Source: Sedimentisphaerales bacterium
GTDB lineage: Bacteria; Planctomycetota; Phycisphaerae; Sedimentisphaerales; SM23-30
Assembly (NCBI GenBank): GCA_963663965.2
Contig: CAXXFK010000002.1
Coordinates: 17,789-81,788 of the forward strand
Direction: 5' to 3'
DNA: 64,000 nt
The notes below the pieces were generated by a model, which searched no databases, was not told the origin of the DNA, and worked only from the letters and a program-made list of their open reading frames with translations. Position numbers and translations under genes: made by a program. Positions 1 through 11,574 of this stretch are shown here, piece after piece. Position 1 is the first letter of the stretch. Each line of letters starts with the position of its first letter.

Positions 1-336
1 AGAAAAGCGCTCGAGCTTCTTGATGCCATGATGAGACTAGATCGCGAGGCTGAATTTAGTGCAGTGGGGGCATTTGCCTGGCATGTTCGCAGGTTATACC
101 GAGCACGAATTTTAATGGATGATCGTACGAATGATGCTGAAATTTTGAAAAAGGCAGGAGTCTGGCACAATACGAGAGAATTTTTGCAGCAAGTCAGAAA
201 GTTAAATATCAAAAAAATTGCCCAGGCGTTAAAAAGACTGGCAGAGATCGATTATGGTCAGAAGACGGGCGGATGCTCGGTCAAAGATGGATTGGAAAAA
301 TTTATAGTGGAGTTTTCGAGTATTTCAGTCCGATAA
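1..336 (+). CDS. holA: DNA polymerase III subunit delta, C-terminal part (5' truncated by window)
   Basis: Frame is open from base 1. C-terminal pattern ALKRLAEIDYGQKTG...LEKFI matches the HolA collar helix. Confidence 0.7.
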   Translation, partial: RKALELLDAMMRLDREAEFSAVGAFAWHVRRLYRARILMDDRTNDAEILKKAGVWHNTREFLQQVRKLNIKKIAQALKRLAEIDYGQKTGGCSVKDGLEKFIVEFSSISVR

Positions 337-460
337 AATATTCAGGTTATTATAAAAACAGTCTGGACAGGAGAAAAATAATAGTTAATATACGATAAGT
401 TGTTAATTATATGACACTTATCCTCAATTAAATTCCGGCAGTTGCAGGGAGGCAATCGTC

Positions 461-1978
461 ATGAAATGTCATGGAAGACTATTTGCTTTTATTTCAGTAT
501 TAGTTAGTCTGATACTATTCGGTTGTAACAGCTATTCCAGCTACGATCCGGTACGCCTGGGTGAATCCGGTAAAAATTCTGGAAATAACAGCGCCAATCA
601 AACGGAATTCGGGCAAAATAACCAATATAACCAGTTGAACGGGCAGCGTCCTCAAACGGTTGTTCGAGATACCAGTGGTTTTCCGATGTCACAACAGCCC
701 AATGAGGTTTCCGGGCAAAATCCCAGGAATTCTTATCATTCTCAACCTGATATAACCGCCGATAATAATAAAAGTTATTATGAGGTCTATAATCCATCTC
801 ATCCTAACGCGGATAGTCGAGGTTATGTAAGGTACTATCCTCATCCCCCGGTCAATGAACAACCCGTGACTTCTGTTGGTCAGACCAATAACGGGCAGTA
901 CCAAACTGCTAATACAAATGGCCAAAATAGTGGTTACTGGTCACATTTGCCTACCAGACAACAAGGCTATGAGGCGAATCATTTTCAAACTCCGAATGTG
1001 ACCCGAGTACAACCTTCCAATAATCCGTACAATAAAAAAGAAACAATAGTTTCAGGAGAAGGTTCACCGGGGGGATCAGCTATAGCTAGTGTAAATGTTC
1101 CTGATGAAAGCAATTCGATTTCAGTATCAACACAGAATGCTGTGTCGCCGGCATTACAACCCATTGTCCAGGTTGGAGGGGTAACGGGGGCTCTGGCGGC
1201 CAATCCAAGCAGTACCCGTTTAAATCCCAACAAAACAATGGTTGCGCGGATTGATGATCCTCCAACCATACCCCAAGTCACCTATTATCTGGAACGGTTG
1301 GTCAGTGAAAATCCTCAAGACATCAGCGCACAACTGGCTTTGCGTTTGATGTACGCTGCCCAGGGGGATGCCGATAGAGCGCTCAAGACAATTCCGTCGG
1401 TACCTGATGATTTGCAGAATTCTGCGCTGGATCTTGCCAGAGCCGTCGTTTTGACCTCCCGGACGATTCAAAAGAAAGACGATCCGGTGGTAGCCAATAA
1501 GGCGTTAGAAGCGCTGGAAGCATTGCATAGCATGATTGCCGAAAGAGCAGACCTGAGAATCGAAAATTTGAAAATCTGTTCTGATGTGAGCGGCTTTGGG
1601 CAATATAATGAACTCGATCCACAGGCGCTTACGGAAGGCCAGGGACGCAGCATTCTGGTTTATTGTGAACTTGAGAATTTTACTAATGGATTAAACGCAG
1701 ACAACCAATATTATACCAGTATTCATGCCAGTATTACATTATATGATTCCGGTTTGAATGCTTTGACACAACTCAGCGCGCCGGTAGTCGACAAGCCCTC
1801 TTATAATAAGCGTCGTGATTTCTATCTGCGCGGGCCGTTGCAACTTCCGAAACTGTCGCCGGGGAAATATGAGATCGTTACTGTGATCGAAGACAAACTG
1901 GCGAATAAACGGGCGTTGCCGTGGCGTTATGAATTTGAGGTTAAAGGCAACCCGACATCAGTAGCAAACATTCCGTAA
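461..1978 (+). CDS. Hypothetical lipoprotein with long N/Q/S-rich low-complexity region and a C-terminal beta-sandwich-like domain
   Basis: 505 aa ORF, signal peptide with lipobox LFGC, RBS GGAGG upstream. Confidence 0.65.
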   Translation: MKCHGRLFAFISVLVSLILFGCNSYSSYDPVRLGESGKNSGNNSANQTEFGQNNQYNQLNGQRPQTVVRDTSGFPMSQQPNEVSGQNPRNSYHSQPDITADNNKSYYEVYNPSHPNADSRGYVRYYPHPPVNEQPVTSVGQTNNGQYQTANTNGQNSGYWSHLPTRQQGYEANHFQTPNVTRVQPSNNPYNKKETIVSGEGSPGGSAIASVNVPDESNSISVSTQNAVSPALQPIVQVGGVTGALAANPSSTRLNPNKTMVARIDDPPTIPQVTYYLERLVSENPQDISAQLALRLMYAAQGDADRALKTIPSVPDDLQNSALDLARAVVLTSRTIQKKDDPVVANKALEALEALHSMIAERADLRIENLKICSDVSGFGQYNELDPQALTEGQGRSILVYCELENFTNGLNADNQYYTSIHASITLYDSGLNALTQLSAPVVDKPSYNKRRDFYLRGPLQLPKLSPGKYEIVTVIEDKLANKRALPWRYEFEVKGNPTSVANIP

Positions 1979-2035
1979 AAATTACTCAACAGTCTGTCAG
2001 TAGCATAACGGACAAGGCCAGAAAGGCAGGAAAAA

Positions 2036-3256
2036 ATGAAAGTCAAACGTCGCGAATTTCTGGCTGAGTGTCTGGCGTTAGGAGTAGCAGGGTGTTCGGG
2101 GATTCGTCGTGAGCATACGCCCCGCCAGATCGATCAATGGAAATCGGAGTTGGCAAGACATAAGATTGCCGGATTGGAAGTTGGGACGGTACAGATGCGC
2201 TGGCCCCGACTGGTTGGTAAAAATTCACGTCTGGATGTACACGGACGCGGCCCCCAAGTGACGGTTGGTCAATTGACCACAGATCAGGGCGCATCGGGCT
2301 GGGGAATGTTTCTGGCGGGCGGAGCGGAAGGCTCGCGTGTTCTGGAACGTTTTAAAGGGAAAGCCGTTACAGATCTGTTCGATCCGGGATTTGGAATAAC
2401 CGTCGCCGATGCCCGGCCGCTGGATTTTGCCTTGCATGACCTGGCCGGAATGATTTTAGGGATTCCGGTTTATGAAATGCTGGGGCACCGAGGTCCGGAT
2501 GCGACTTTGTGTTATAGCGGGATGATTTATTTTGATGATCTGGAACCCCCGGATCATCCGGCGGGAATTGATCAAGTGCTGGACAATTGCCAGTTTGATG
2601 TCGACTATGGATATCGGCAGCTCAAAGTGAAGATCGGGCGGGGAAATAAATGGATGGAGAAGCAGGAGGGAATCCAGCGAGATATCGAGGTTACCCGTGC
2701 GATTGCCAGACATTTTCCACAGGTGGATATTCTGGTCGATGGTAATGACGGATTTACCTGTGATGAGTTCATTCAATACCTGGAGGGGATTGAAGAGGTG
2801 CCGTTATTCTGGATTGAAGAGCCATTTGCCGAAGCGTTTGATGATTATGCCCAGTTGCGGACCTGGCTAAAAGCCAATGGGAAACGAAAGACTTTGCTGG
2901 CCGATGGTGAGTATCGAACCGACATGGTTTTGTTATATGAATTGCTGCGAAGGGGATTAATCGATGTCAGTCTGCCGGATATCTGTGGACTGGGTTTCAC
3001 GCCCTGGCGGCAGTTGATCGGTCAGATGAAGGCGATTGGCGCGACCACCTCTCCGCATGCCTGGGGAGAGCGACTGAAAACCAATTATATCGCCCATCTG
3101 TCAACCGGATTGGGAAATGTGGTTACGATCGAAGGGGTGACCTGTGCCTGCGATGAAGTCGATTTTGGCGATTATCAACTGATTAACGGGAAGCTCATGC
3201 CATCACCGGCGCCTGGCTTTGGCATGAAATTGCTGGGTATGAAACCCGTTAAGTAG
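2036..3256 (+). CDS. Mandelate racemase/muconate lactonizing enzyme family protein with Tat signal
   Basis: DFALHDLAG...GIPVY, KVKIG, DGN, WIEEP, DGE and PHAW motifs; N-terminal RREFL twin-arginine followed by VAGC. Confidence 0.85.
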   Translation: MKVKRREFLAECLALGVAGCSGIRREHTPRQIDQWKSELARHKIAGLEVGTVQMRWPRLVGKNSRLDVHGRGPQVTVGQLTTDQGASGWGMFLAGGAEGSRVLERFKGKAVTDLFDPGFGITVADARPLDFALHDLAGMILGIPVYEMLGHRGPDATLCYSGMIYFDDLEPPDHPAGIDQVLDNCQFDVDYGYRQLKVKIGRGNKWMEKQEGIQRDIEVTRAIARHFPQVDILVDGNDGFTCDEFIQYLEGIEEVPLFWIEEPFAEAFDDYAQLRTWLKANGKRKTLLADGEYRTDMVLLYELLRRGLIDVSLPDICGLGFTPWRQLIGQMKAIGATTSPHAWGERLKTNYIAHLSTGLGNVVTIEGVTCACDEVDFGDYQLINGKLMPSPAPGFGMKLLGMKPVK

Positions 3257-3425
3257 GGTGGCAACAATCGCCTGAAGCCATGGCCCAATACGATGTTTAT
3301 GAATAACAGAATGCGCGGGATCAGGCCCACGCCAGCGGGAAGCAAATCACATCGCCTGCGGTTGTGCCCGGGATAACGCCGGTGAATCTGTCAAGTGAGT
3401 TCATGTTGGTCATAATGGATCAAGG

Positions 3426-4117
3426 TTATCTTCCCAGATAGTACCGTAATATGCCATCTTTAACTACTTTGCCATGGCATGCATCGGGGATCGGTTCACC
3501 CGGATGAGTGAACTGAAGTCCCCATCCAAGCAAGAAGGGATGAGTATTCAAGTGGACTTGTATAAACAGCCCACGCTCTGATATCGTGTTGTCCTTTTTG
3601 TCTTTTAGAATTGTGGGACAAGAATCGATCAGTCGTATTTGGTTATTCCAAAGTGCCGATTTGATAGGATAGTATCTCGTGCCCGCTTTATAGTCATGCG
3701 GTTCAATTAATTCTTCGATTGGTCTGTCGATAAGCGCTAAGGCCCATTGTTGGAGCGAATCAAGGCCTCCTGTGTGGTGAAGAAGATACGCAATGCCTAA
3801 GTTCAAGGGATTTAAAAAAAGAGATAACAAGACAGGAGCCAGGATGATTGTAAAGCCATGTACGATTCGCCTGGCCCTAAATTTCATGCTGCGTCCTGAC
3901 CTGATAAACAAGGATATCGACAAGACGATTAAACTGGCCAGATAAATCAGAAAAACAAAAGGCATTAGAGCGAATCCGAAAAAATCAAATTCTAAATTGG
4001 CTCCCCAGCAGAACCATACCAGCCACATGTACAGGAGCATGGCATGTACGATCCAAGCGAACAGGATGTCTGATGTTTTTTCATTTCAGGTTCTGCTTGA
4101 TCGCTTTTGTCAGGCAT
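3426..4117 (-). CDS. Hypothetical membrane protein, paralog of 10791..11492; probable 1-nt frameshift near the start
   Basis: Listed ORF 3426..4040 has three hydrophobic segments. Adding one base to the T6 run at 4076-4081 joins ATG 4117 in frame (MPDKSDQAEPEMKKTSDILF), matching the paralog N-terminus. Confidence 0.55.
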
Positions 4118-4169
4118 GGACCAACTCCAATGTCGTATTATCGTCCGGTGACTCTCGATAGCATTAAGT

Positions 4170-4913
4170 TCAATTTTCCGGTTCTTTATGTTCAGTCAGT
4201 TCATCAGGGGTGTCGCTGGTGTTAGCGCAGGTCGTTGCCAGTTTGGGATAGCGTACCAGGATGGTTGATCCGGCTTTGATGGTATCGCCGGGTTTGGTGA
4301 GGATCTGGGGTTTGGGTTCGGCGGGCAGATACAGTTCGGTGCGGGAGCCGAATTTGATCATGCCATATTTGTGACCAGCCTCAAAGAACTGGCCGATCTG
4401 GCAGGGGCAGACGATGCGGCGGGCGATGGCGCCGGTGATCTGTTTGACGATGACCTTGCCGGCGGGGTGGTTGGGGCAGTCCAGGCCAATTGTGGTCGAC
4501 TGATTTTTTTGAGAGCAGGCTTCCGTATTCAGTGCGTTCAGGCAAAGGCCGGGTTTCTCCTGTTTCCAGGCAACTCTGCCGGCACAAGGTGTCCGGTTAA
4601 TATGGACATTAAAAACACTGAGAAAAATACCAATACGGATTGCCGGACCTTGGATAAAGTTCTGTTCCTCAACTTCGATAATATCGGTGATTTTTCCATC
4701 AGCGGGAGCCAGTAGAATATCGTCATCAGTGGGTAATGTTCTTTCCGGATCGCGAAAAAAGGAAAAGGAAAAGAGCACTAGCAGGATAAGAGGGATCTGA
4801 GGCCAGGGTGTGGCTATGGGCCAGACAATATGACATAGGCCGGCGGCAAGCATCAGGATCACCGGGATGACTGCCACTTGCGGCATACCATAGGGGGTTA
4901 GTGTAACTTTCAT
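4170..4913 (-). CDS. psd: Phosphatidylserine decarboxylase proenzyme
   Basis: FFRDPER, APADGK, IFLSVFNVH, QITGAIARRI and the KFGSRT self-cleavage motif. Confidence 0.92.
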   Translation of the reverse strand: MKVTLTPYGMPQVAVIPVILMLAAGLCHIVWPIATPWPQIPLILLVLFSFSFFRDPERTLPTDDDILLAPADGKITDIIEVEEQNFIQGPAIRIGIFLSVFNVHINRTPCAGRVAWKQEKPGLCLNALNTEACSQKNQSTTIGLDCPNHPAGKVIVKQITGAIARRIVCPCQIGQFFEAGHKYGMIKFGSRTELYLPAEPKPQILTKPGDTIKAGSTILVRYPKLATTCANTSDTPDELTEHKEPEN

Positions 4914-5085
4914 ATTTCATTCCTATTCGGGTTAATTGGTACTACTTAAGGATATTAAATTGCGGGTAGATTACAATTTTTTTTTGCATGGACTGCCTGA
5001 ATCCGTTATGATTTTATCGCGCCGCGATGGAGACATCGTTACCGGTACATCCATTTGGCGGTATTAATAGTTGATTTTAATGTAA

Positions 5086-6411
<1,326 letters not shown>

Positions 6412-6442
6412 GAACCAATACAATTTTGACGCTAAATCTCTC

Positions 6443-6479
6443 AAGCACGTCTTTGCTTAAAAGGGCGTGCTTTTTCTTT
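6443..6479 (+). terminator. Rho-independent terminator after eno
   Basis: AAGCACGTCTTT/AAGGGCGTGCTT stem (with G-U pairs) followed by a T tract. Confidence 0.7.
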
Positions 6480-6555
6480 GGCTGGTTCTCCCGGTTGCTT
6501 GAATAAAAAACGCAATAGTTCATAGATTTAATCGCTGATCAACGATAAAAATGAT

Positions 6556-7074
6556 ATGTCAAGTTCTCAGTCATATAATCAGCTGCTTGATCCGATGGTA
6601 CGATTCTTTGGATTTATGATCTTTAGTACCATTGGCATGGGGATCATTGCGCTGGTTATTCTGGCCGGGCCCATCACTCAATATTATTCCGATCATGCTA
6701 TTCTTACTACCTATCGTAAAGACATTGAAGCGCTGGAGAAAGTCTGCGATCAACATCGCCAATTATTAGCCAACCTGGACGATCCATCCGTCATGGAACG
6801 AGCGGCGATCAATTATTTGAATTATGTTCCCGGTGATGTTGATCCATCAAAAGTAACGACATTGCCAGAACCCTGGCCAGCCCTGAAACAAGCTCTGGCC
6901 ATGGTGCGTAAAGATGATATTTTACCCGCCCCGACTCTCCTGCAAGCGTCAACCCGGATCATTAGTGAAAATTCATCCTATCAAATATTACTGATGGCAT
7001 TTGGGACAGCCTTAATCGTTGTCAGTATGACGTGTTTTTGCCGGGCCAATCCAGCATCGGCTGTCAGAAAATGA
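6556..7074 (+). CDS. Membrane protein with FtsB/DivIC (septum formation initiator)-like region
   Basis: TM helix, coiled coil, then LDDPSVMERAAINYLNY resembling the FtsB L..D...IE..AR..L motif; lies just after eno; extra C-terminal TM helix. Confidence 0.45.
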   Translation: MSSSQSYNQLLDPMVRFFGFMIFSTIGMGIIALVILAGPITQYYSDHAILTTYRKDIEALEKVCDQHRQLLANLDDPSVMERAAINYLNYVPGDVDPSKVTTLPEPWPALKQALAMVRKDDILPAPTLLQASTRIISENSSYQILLMAFGTALIVVSMTCFCRANPASAVRK

Positions 7075-7079
7075 CAGAG

Positions 7080-8513
7080 TCATATAGCTTTTTCCGGTCT
7101 ATATCGACTAATTATCTCAGCAATTTTACCGGGCAGGATCGATCTGACTTTATGGCGTAAACGGTATTTACGATCAAATTCAAGCAGTAGGGTTTTATGC
7201 CGCCTGATAATATCAGCCGTGTGAAAATCCGGAGTTTCAATTTTTACTGCCGGCCACAAATCTCGATCATTTCCGGTCAGGTAATGGTGTTCTCTGCAAT
7301 AACGATTCAATTCGGTTCCGGGATACGGTTGGGCGTAAAGAAAAATAAAGTTTGCGACACCCCAGTCACGCAATTGGCGATAATATTCAAATGCGGTTTT
7401 AAAGCGTTCTTCCGTTTCGCCAGGATATCCGATCATAACCATAATATCGACCGGCAGGCCAATATCTATTGCATTCCAGACCGCTCTTTCAAATTTCTCG
7501 ATATCCATTTTTTTACACATGGATTCTCTGATTGCTGGATCACCATGTTCTAATGCGTAAGTGATTCGAGTACACCCACTTCTTAGCATCAGTTTGAGCA
7601 TCTCGCGATCAACGGTTTCACACCGGATGCCATTGGGAATTTCCCAGGTTAGATCAATATGATGCTGATATCTAAGGGCGGTCATTCCATTAAATATTTC
7701 TTTGGCTCTTTTGCGATTAAGGGTGAGATTGTCATCTTCAAATTCAAGATGTCTGATGCCATAAGTTTCTATCAGATGCTGAATTTCAATCAAGACATTT
7801 TCAGAAGATCGTCCACGCCATCGATAGCCACTGACCGGGTGTACCGCACAAAAACGGCATTTCCATGGACAACCCCGGCTTGTTATGATGCATGCGGTTT
7901 GTTTATGGCTGGTCCGGCGTTGAGATAACTTAAGATAGTGTTGCATCGGCAAGAGATCTCGTGCAGGAAGAGGGATATCATCCAGATGTTCAACCTGCCA
8001 GGCTTTGCCAGCCAGATTTGGTGATGGCCGTTTACGGGTTAGAATGCCATTAAGTGTTTCAGGAGGATGCCCGTCAGCGAGCGCCATTAAACAATACTCG
8101 CCTTCACCAATCAACCAGTAGTCAGCCAGAGAGGTTTTAAAATCATCCGGACAAGATGATGGATGAATCCCTCCCATAATCACCGGAATATTAGCAAAAA
8201 CAGATTTAATTGCCTTACAGGTAAGCTCTGCTTCTTCAGCCAGATGCGAGAAGGGGACCGTTATGCCAATCAGGCCGGTATCCGGTGCAATTCTTTTAAT
8301 TATTTCCGGGAAGGGCAGCCCAATCCGGATGAGATGATCATCCACTGTCTCTGAATATCGATAGCCTTCAGCCAAGGCATCAATAATATAGGGAGTATGC
8401 TTGCTATATTTACGTAAATATGATGCCAGATAGGCTAAACCCAAGTTATTTGAAAAGACGATGTCTGCCCTGGATAGAAAGCGCCAAGCGGGATTGATTA
8501 AGCATACTTTCAT
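7080..8513 (-). CDS. B12-binding domain radical SAM protein
   Basis: LGLAYLASYL and MGGIHPS (cobalamin-binding domain); TSRGCPWKCRFC (CxxxCxxC). Confidence 0.9.
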   Translation of the reverse strand: MKVCLINPAWRFLSRADIVFSNNLGLAYLASYLRKYSKHTPYIIDALAEGYRYSETVDDHLIRIGLPFPEIIKRIAPDTGLIGITVPFSHLAEEAELTCKAIKSVFANIPVIMGGIHPSSCPDDFKTSLADYWLIGEGEYCLMALADGHPPETLNGILTRKRPSPNLAGKAWQVEHLDDIPLPARDLLPMQHYLKLSQRRTSHKQTACIITSRGCPWKCRFCAVHPVSGYRWRGRSSENVLIEIQHLIETYGIRHLEFEDDNLTLNRKRAKEIFNGMTALRYQHHIDLTWEIPNGIRCETVDREMLKLMLRSGCTRITYALEHGDPAIRESMCKKMDIEKFERAVWNAIDIGLPVDIMVMIGYPGETEERFKTAFEYYRQLRDWGVANFIFLYAQPYPGTELNRYCREHHYLTGNDRDLWPAVKIETPDFHTADIIRRHKTLLLEFDRKYRLRHKVRSILPGKIAEIISRYRPEKAI

Positions 8514-8775
8514 AATTGCCCTTCAAAACAGACTGGGATCATTATAACTATCGGACATTTATCAGGCAAGCTTTATATTTTCGGGAACTTGATATGAAAA
8601 GGCCCATTTTAGAATCTATCGGGATAGTTATAAAAAAAACTGTTTTTTCCGGTGTAAATCCGATAGAATTGAACGAATCGAAATTGTAAGATTTTAATTG
8701 AAAATATATTATATTTAATATGATAGCCATTTATAATAAAATAATGTACAGATTTGAGATAAAAAGTAAACAGGA

Positions 8776-9036
8776 ATGCCAATGATAGCAGTATTGATGG
8801 GACCGGGTGAAATCGGCATTATTGTTATTATGGCGGTTTTGTTAACTATCCTGGTATTAAGAGACCGAAAATCCGTACAGCAGGCTATCGAGCATCGAAA
8901 AGCCAGTCAAAAGCCCCAGTCATTTCTGTCAATGCAGATAGTTATTGGTATTCTGGTTATCGTAGTGATCGTGTTATCATTGATCCTGGCCTGGGTGCTT
9001 AAACACTGGCAAAATCAGGACTCCAAACTTATTTAG
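8776..9036 (+). CDS. Small two-TM hypothetical protein
   Basis: 86 aa with two hydrophobic helices. Confidence 0.55.
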   Translation: MPMIAVLMGPGEIGIIVIMAVLLTILVLRDRKSVQQAIEHRKASQKPQSFLSMQIVIGILVIVVIVLSLILAWVLKHWQNQDSKLI

Positions 9037-9072
9037 AATTCTATCCGCTTTAGACCTAGTAATAAAAATTAT

Positions 9073-9723
9073 ATGAAGATAACAATTAATGATAATCCAA
9101 TTGATCGTTCCTTTTCAGATAAAATGCATTTAGGTGATGTTCTCAATATAATACAGTCTGACATGGTTTCGTCTCAGGATGTTATCACGACTATTCATAT
9201 TAATGGCCAGGAATTACAAGCCGGACAATTAACCGAATGGCAAGACAGATTTCTTTGTGAGTTCAAGAGTATTAATATTGAGATTATGGCTAAAACGTTA
9301 TTTGCCTCTTCGGGTTTGCGGATAATGGCAGGTCATTTGGAAGAAAGTGAGGCCTTACGTAATCAAGTGGTTGATGCCCTCGCACAGGGACAATCGCAAA
9401 AAGCGATGCAACTGTTAAGCGATTATCTGCAACTCTGGGATATGGTCCAGAAGACATTGATCAGCGCATGTCATTTAATGGATGTGGATCTGGAAAATAC
9501 AGATTTTGAAATAGAAGGCATAAAAGTCTCCGAGGTGATTGCCAGATTGACAGAACAACTGGAACAAATAAAAATGACATTGGAGGCGGGAGATTCTGTG
9601 ATGTTGGGCGATATTATGGATTATGAATTTGGAGAGATTTGCGAGGGCTGGTGTGTGGTCATGCATCAGTTGTCTGACCAGTTTGAGCAACGGGATGATT
9701 CCAGTCATTCTGATTTTGAATAA
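9073..9723 (+). CDS. Hypothetical acidic helical protein
   Basis: 216 aa ORF co-oriented with the upstream gene; no family recognised with confidence. Confidence 0.6.
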   Translation: MKITINDNPIDRSFSDKMHLGDVLNIIQSDMVSSQDVITTIHINGQELQAGQLTEWQDRFLCEFKSINIEIMAKTLFASSGLRIMAGHLEESEALRNQVVDALAQGQSQKAMQLLSDYLQLWDMVQKTLISACHLMDVDLENTDFEIEGIKVSEVIARLTEQLEQIKMTLEAGDSVMLGDIMDYEFGEICEGWCVVMHQLSDQFEQRDDSSHSDFE

Positions 9724-10103
9724 ATTTGACTTTGGGAATCTGGAATTATTTATAGATTATTAGGCCGATAATATTAATTACAGGTCTCATTCATAGTTGA
9801 TATGATATCGCATTAACGATATCGCGCAATCATCAAAAACCAAAGCTGATGGAGCTGAACGAACTCGACAAATGGTGATCGCATGCAGCATCTGGCGGAG
9901 CGCCTGAGAGGATTAGTAAGCCCATTTAGGATTATCAATGTTACCGACCCGGTATAAGTCGCGTTAGAAAGCAACAAGGCAGGGAAAATGAGTATTACGG
10001 CGTCAGGAGGAGATACACAGGAAACCGCCCGACAAACTACAGGGCCGTTGTCTGGGAAGAAGGTTCGACATCGCCATATTCACCCCGCGATACCGAGCCG
10101 TTT

Positions 10104-10784
10104 TTACGGGTGTTTTATAGCAGCCTTTTTGATGCGTTGAATCGCTTCGATGGGATTGGGAGCGCCAAAGATATAACTGCCAGCCACGAGTGTGTCTGCA
10201 CCGGCTCGAGTAATCAGCGGGGTGGTTTCATGGTCGATGCCACCGTCTACCTGTAATCGTTGATCTGGCCGAAGCATGGCGCGAAGTTGTTCGCAGCGGG
10301 TGATACTATCCATGATAAATGATTGGCCGCCAAAGCCAGGCTCTACGGTCATCAATAAGACCATGTCAACCAGATCGATGATTGACTTGAGTGATTCAAC
10401 CGGAGTTTTGGGTTTAATGGAAACGCCCACCGAGATATTAAGGTTACGCAACTGGGAAATAATGGCTTTGGGATCCGTTGTGGTTTCCAGATGGAATGTG
10501 ATTCCATCCGCCCCCGCCTTGATAAATTGCGGGGCATAGGTTGCCGGATCGGATATCATCAAGTGGACATCAAAAAACAGTTTGCTGCAGGGCCTCAACC
10601 ACTTGACCAGGACGGGTCCAAAGGTCATATTGGGAACAAAATGACCATCCATGACATCCAGGTGAAGCATGTTGACCTGCGGTTCGACCTGGGCGACATG
10701 ATCGGCCAGATGGGCGAAATCGGCGCTGAGGATGGATGGGCAGATTTCGAGGGATGGATTGGATGGGAGTTGGTGTTTAGTCAT
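10104..10784 (-). CDS. rpe: Ribulose-phosphate 3-epimerase
   Basis: PSILSADF, HLDVMDGHFVPN, DVHLM, MTVEPGFGGQ, VDGGI. Confidence 0.98.
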   Translation of the reverse strand: MTKHQLPSNPSLEICPSILSADFAHLADHVAQVEPQVNMLHLDVMDGHFVPNMTFGPVLVKWLRPCSKLFFDVHLMISDPATYAPQFIKAGADGITFHLETTTDPKAIISQLRNLNISVGVSIKPKTPVESLKSIIDLVDMVLLMTVEPGFGGQSFIMDSITRCEQLRAMLRPDQRLQVDGGIDHETTPLITRAGADTLVAGSYIFGAPNPIEAIQRIKKAAIKHP

Positions 10785-10790
10785 GATATA

Positions 10791-11492
10791 TTATCCACAG
10801 AATTGAAAAAAATGGATGCCTTTATATAATTGGATTGGGTATCGCTCTAAGTCAGTTGGGGGAGAGTCTGGTTCGAATATTATCAGGCCCCAATGACCGA
10901 TAAAGCCTCCTCCGCCTTTCATAATAAGCCAAATGTATGGTGACTCGTCTTCCTTCCTGATGAGGTCAATGCTATAGGTTACGCCCTCATTATGATCATA
11001 ACAATTGATAATAGTTTTTATACGGTTACTGATATAAGTTTCTTTAATCCCGCTGTCATTGTCGCCTATAACAACAGAATCGGGATCTTTCTTAAGAATA
11101 TTCATTCCCCATTCAAAAATTGATTTTATTCCACCGGTTTTCCAGATCATATATCTGGCGCCATAAGCAGTTGGGCTGCCAATAATATGTGATGAGAATG
11201 GGATGAGGATCAGAAGAATAATAAGGAACCATCTGGTCATTCTGCCTGATGGGGTGATAATGTTAAAGGGCATTAACAGATTGCAGGTCATTTTCAAAAC
11301 TGCAATTACCCAGATTATTATTCCGCCAATAATGATAAATGGGAATATGATGAACAGGGAAAAGTTAAAATTGGCACCCCAACTGAATAATTCGTACCAG
11401 AACGAAGCATAACACAAAAAAAATATTATGCTTAATACAACATCGGTTTTTTTAACAGATTTCACCTCAGAAGAATTATGCATATCTATCAT
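10791..11492 (-). CDS. Hypothetical membrane protein, paralog of 3426..4117
   Basis: Three TM segments; shares the WGAN, TGG..S...W and WGL motifs with the upstream paralog. Confidence 0.6.
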   Translation of the reverse strand: MIDMHNSSEVKSVKKTDVVLSIIFFLCYASFWYELFSWGANFNFSLFIIFPFIIIGGIIIWVIAVLKMTCNLLMPFNIITPSGRMTRWFLIILLILIPFSSHIIGSPTAYGARYMIWKTGGIKSIFEWGMNILKKDPDSVVIGDNDSGIKETYISNRIKTIINCYDHNEGVTYSIDLIRKEDESPYIWLIMKGGGGFIGHWGLIIFEPDSPPTDLERYPIQLYKGIHFFQFCG

Positions 11493-11522
11493 ATGTTAGG
11501 CAGGATTCGTTTTATGTATACG

Positions 11523-11560
11523 AAAAAAGGCATGCGCCGGTGAAGGGAGCATGCCTTTTT
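11523..11560. terminator. Bidirectional-type terminator hairpin after pgk
   Basis: AAAAAAGGCATGC...GCATGCCTTTTT inverted repeat. Confidence 0.75.
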
Positions 11561-11574
11561 ATTCGGGTTATAAA

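Noticed and set aside
9724..10103. Possible riboswitch or ncRNA (CTGAGAGG/CTCTCAGG) between convergent genes
   Set aside because: The rest of the TPP or glycine consensus is missing and no gene start lies downstream
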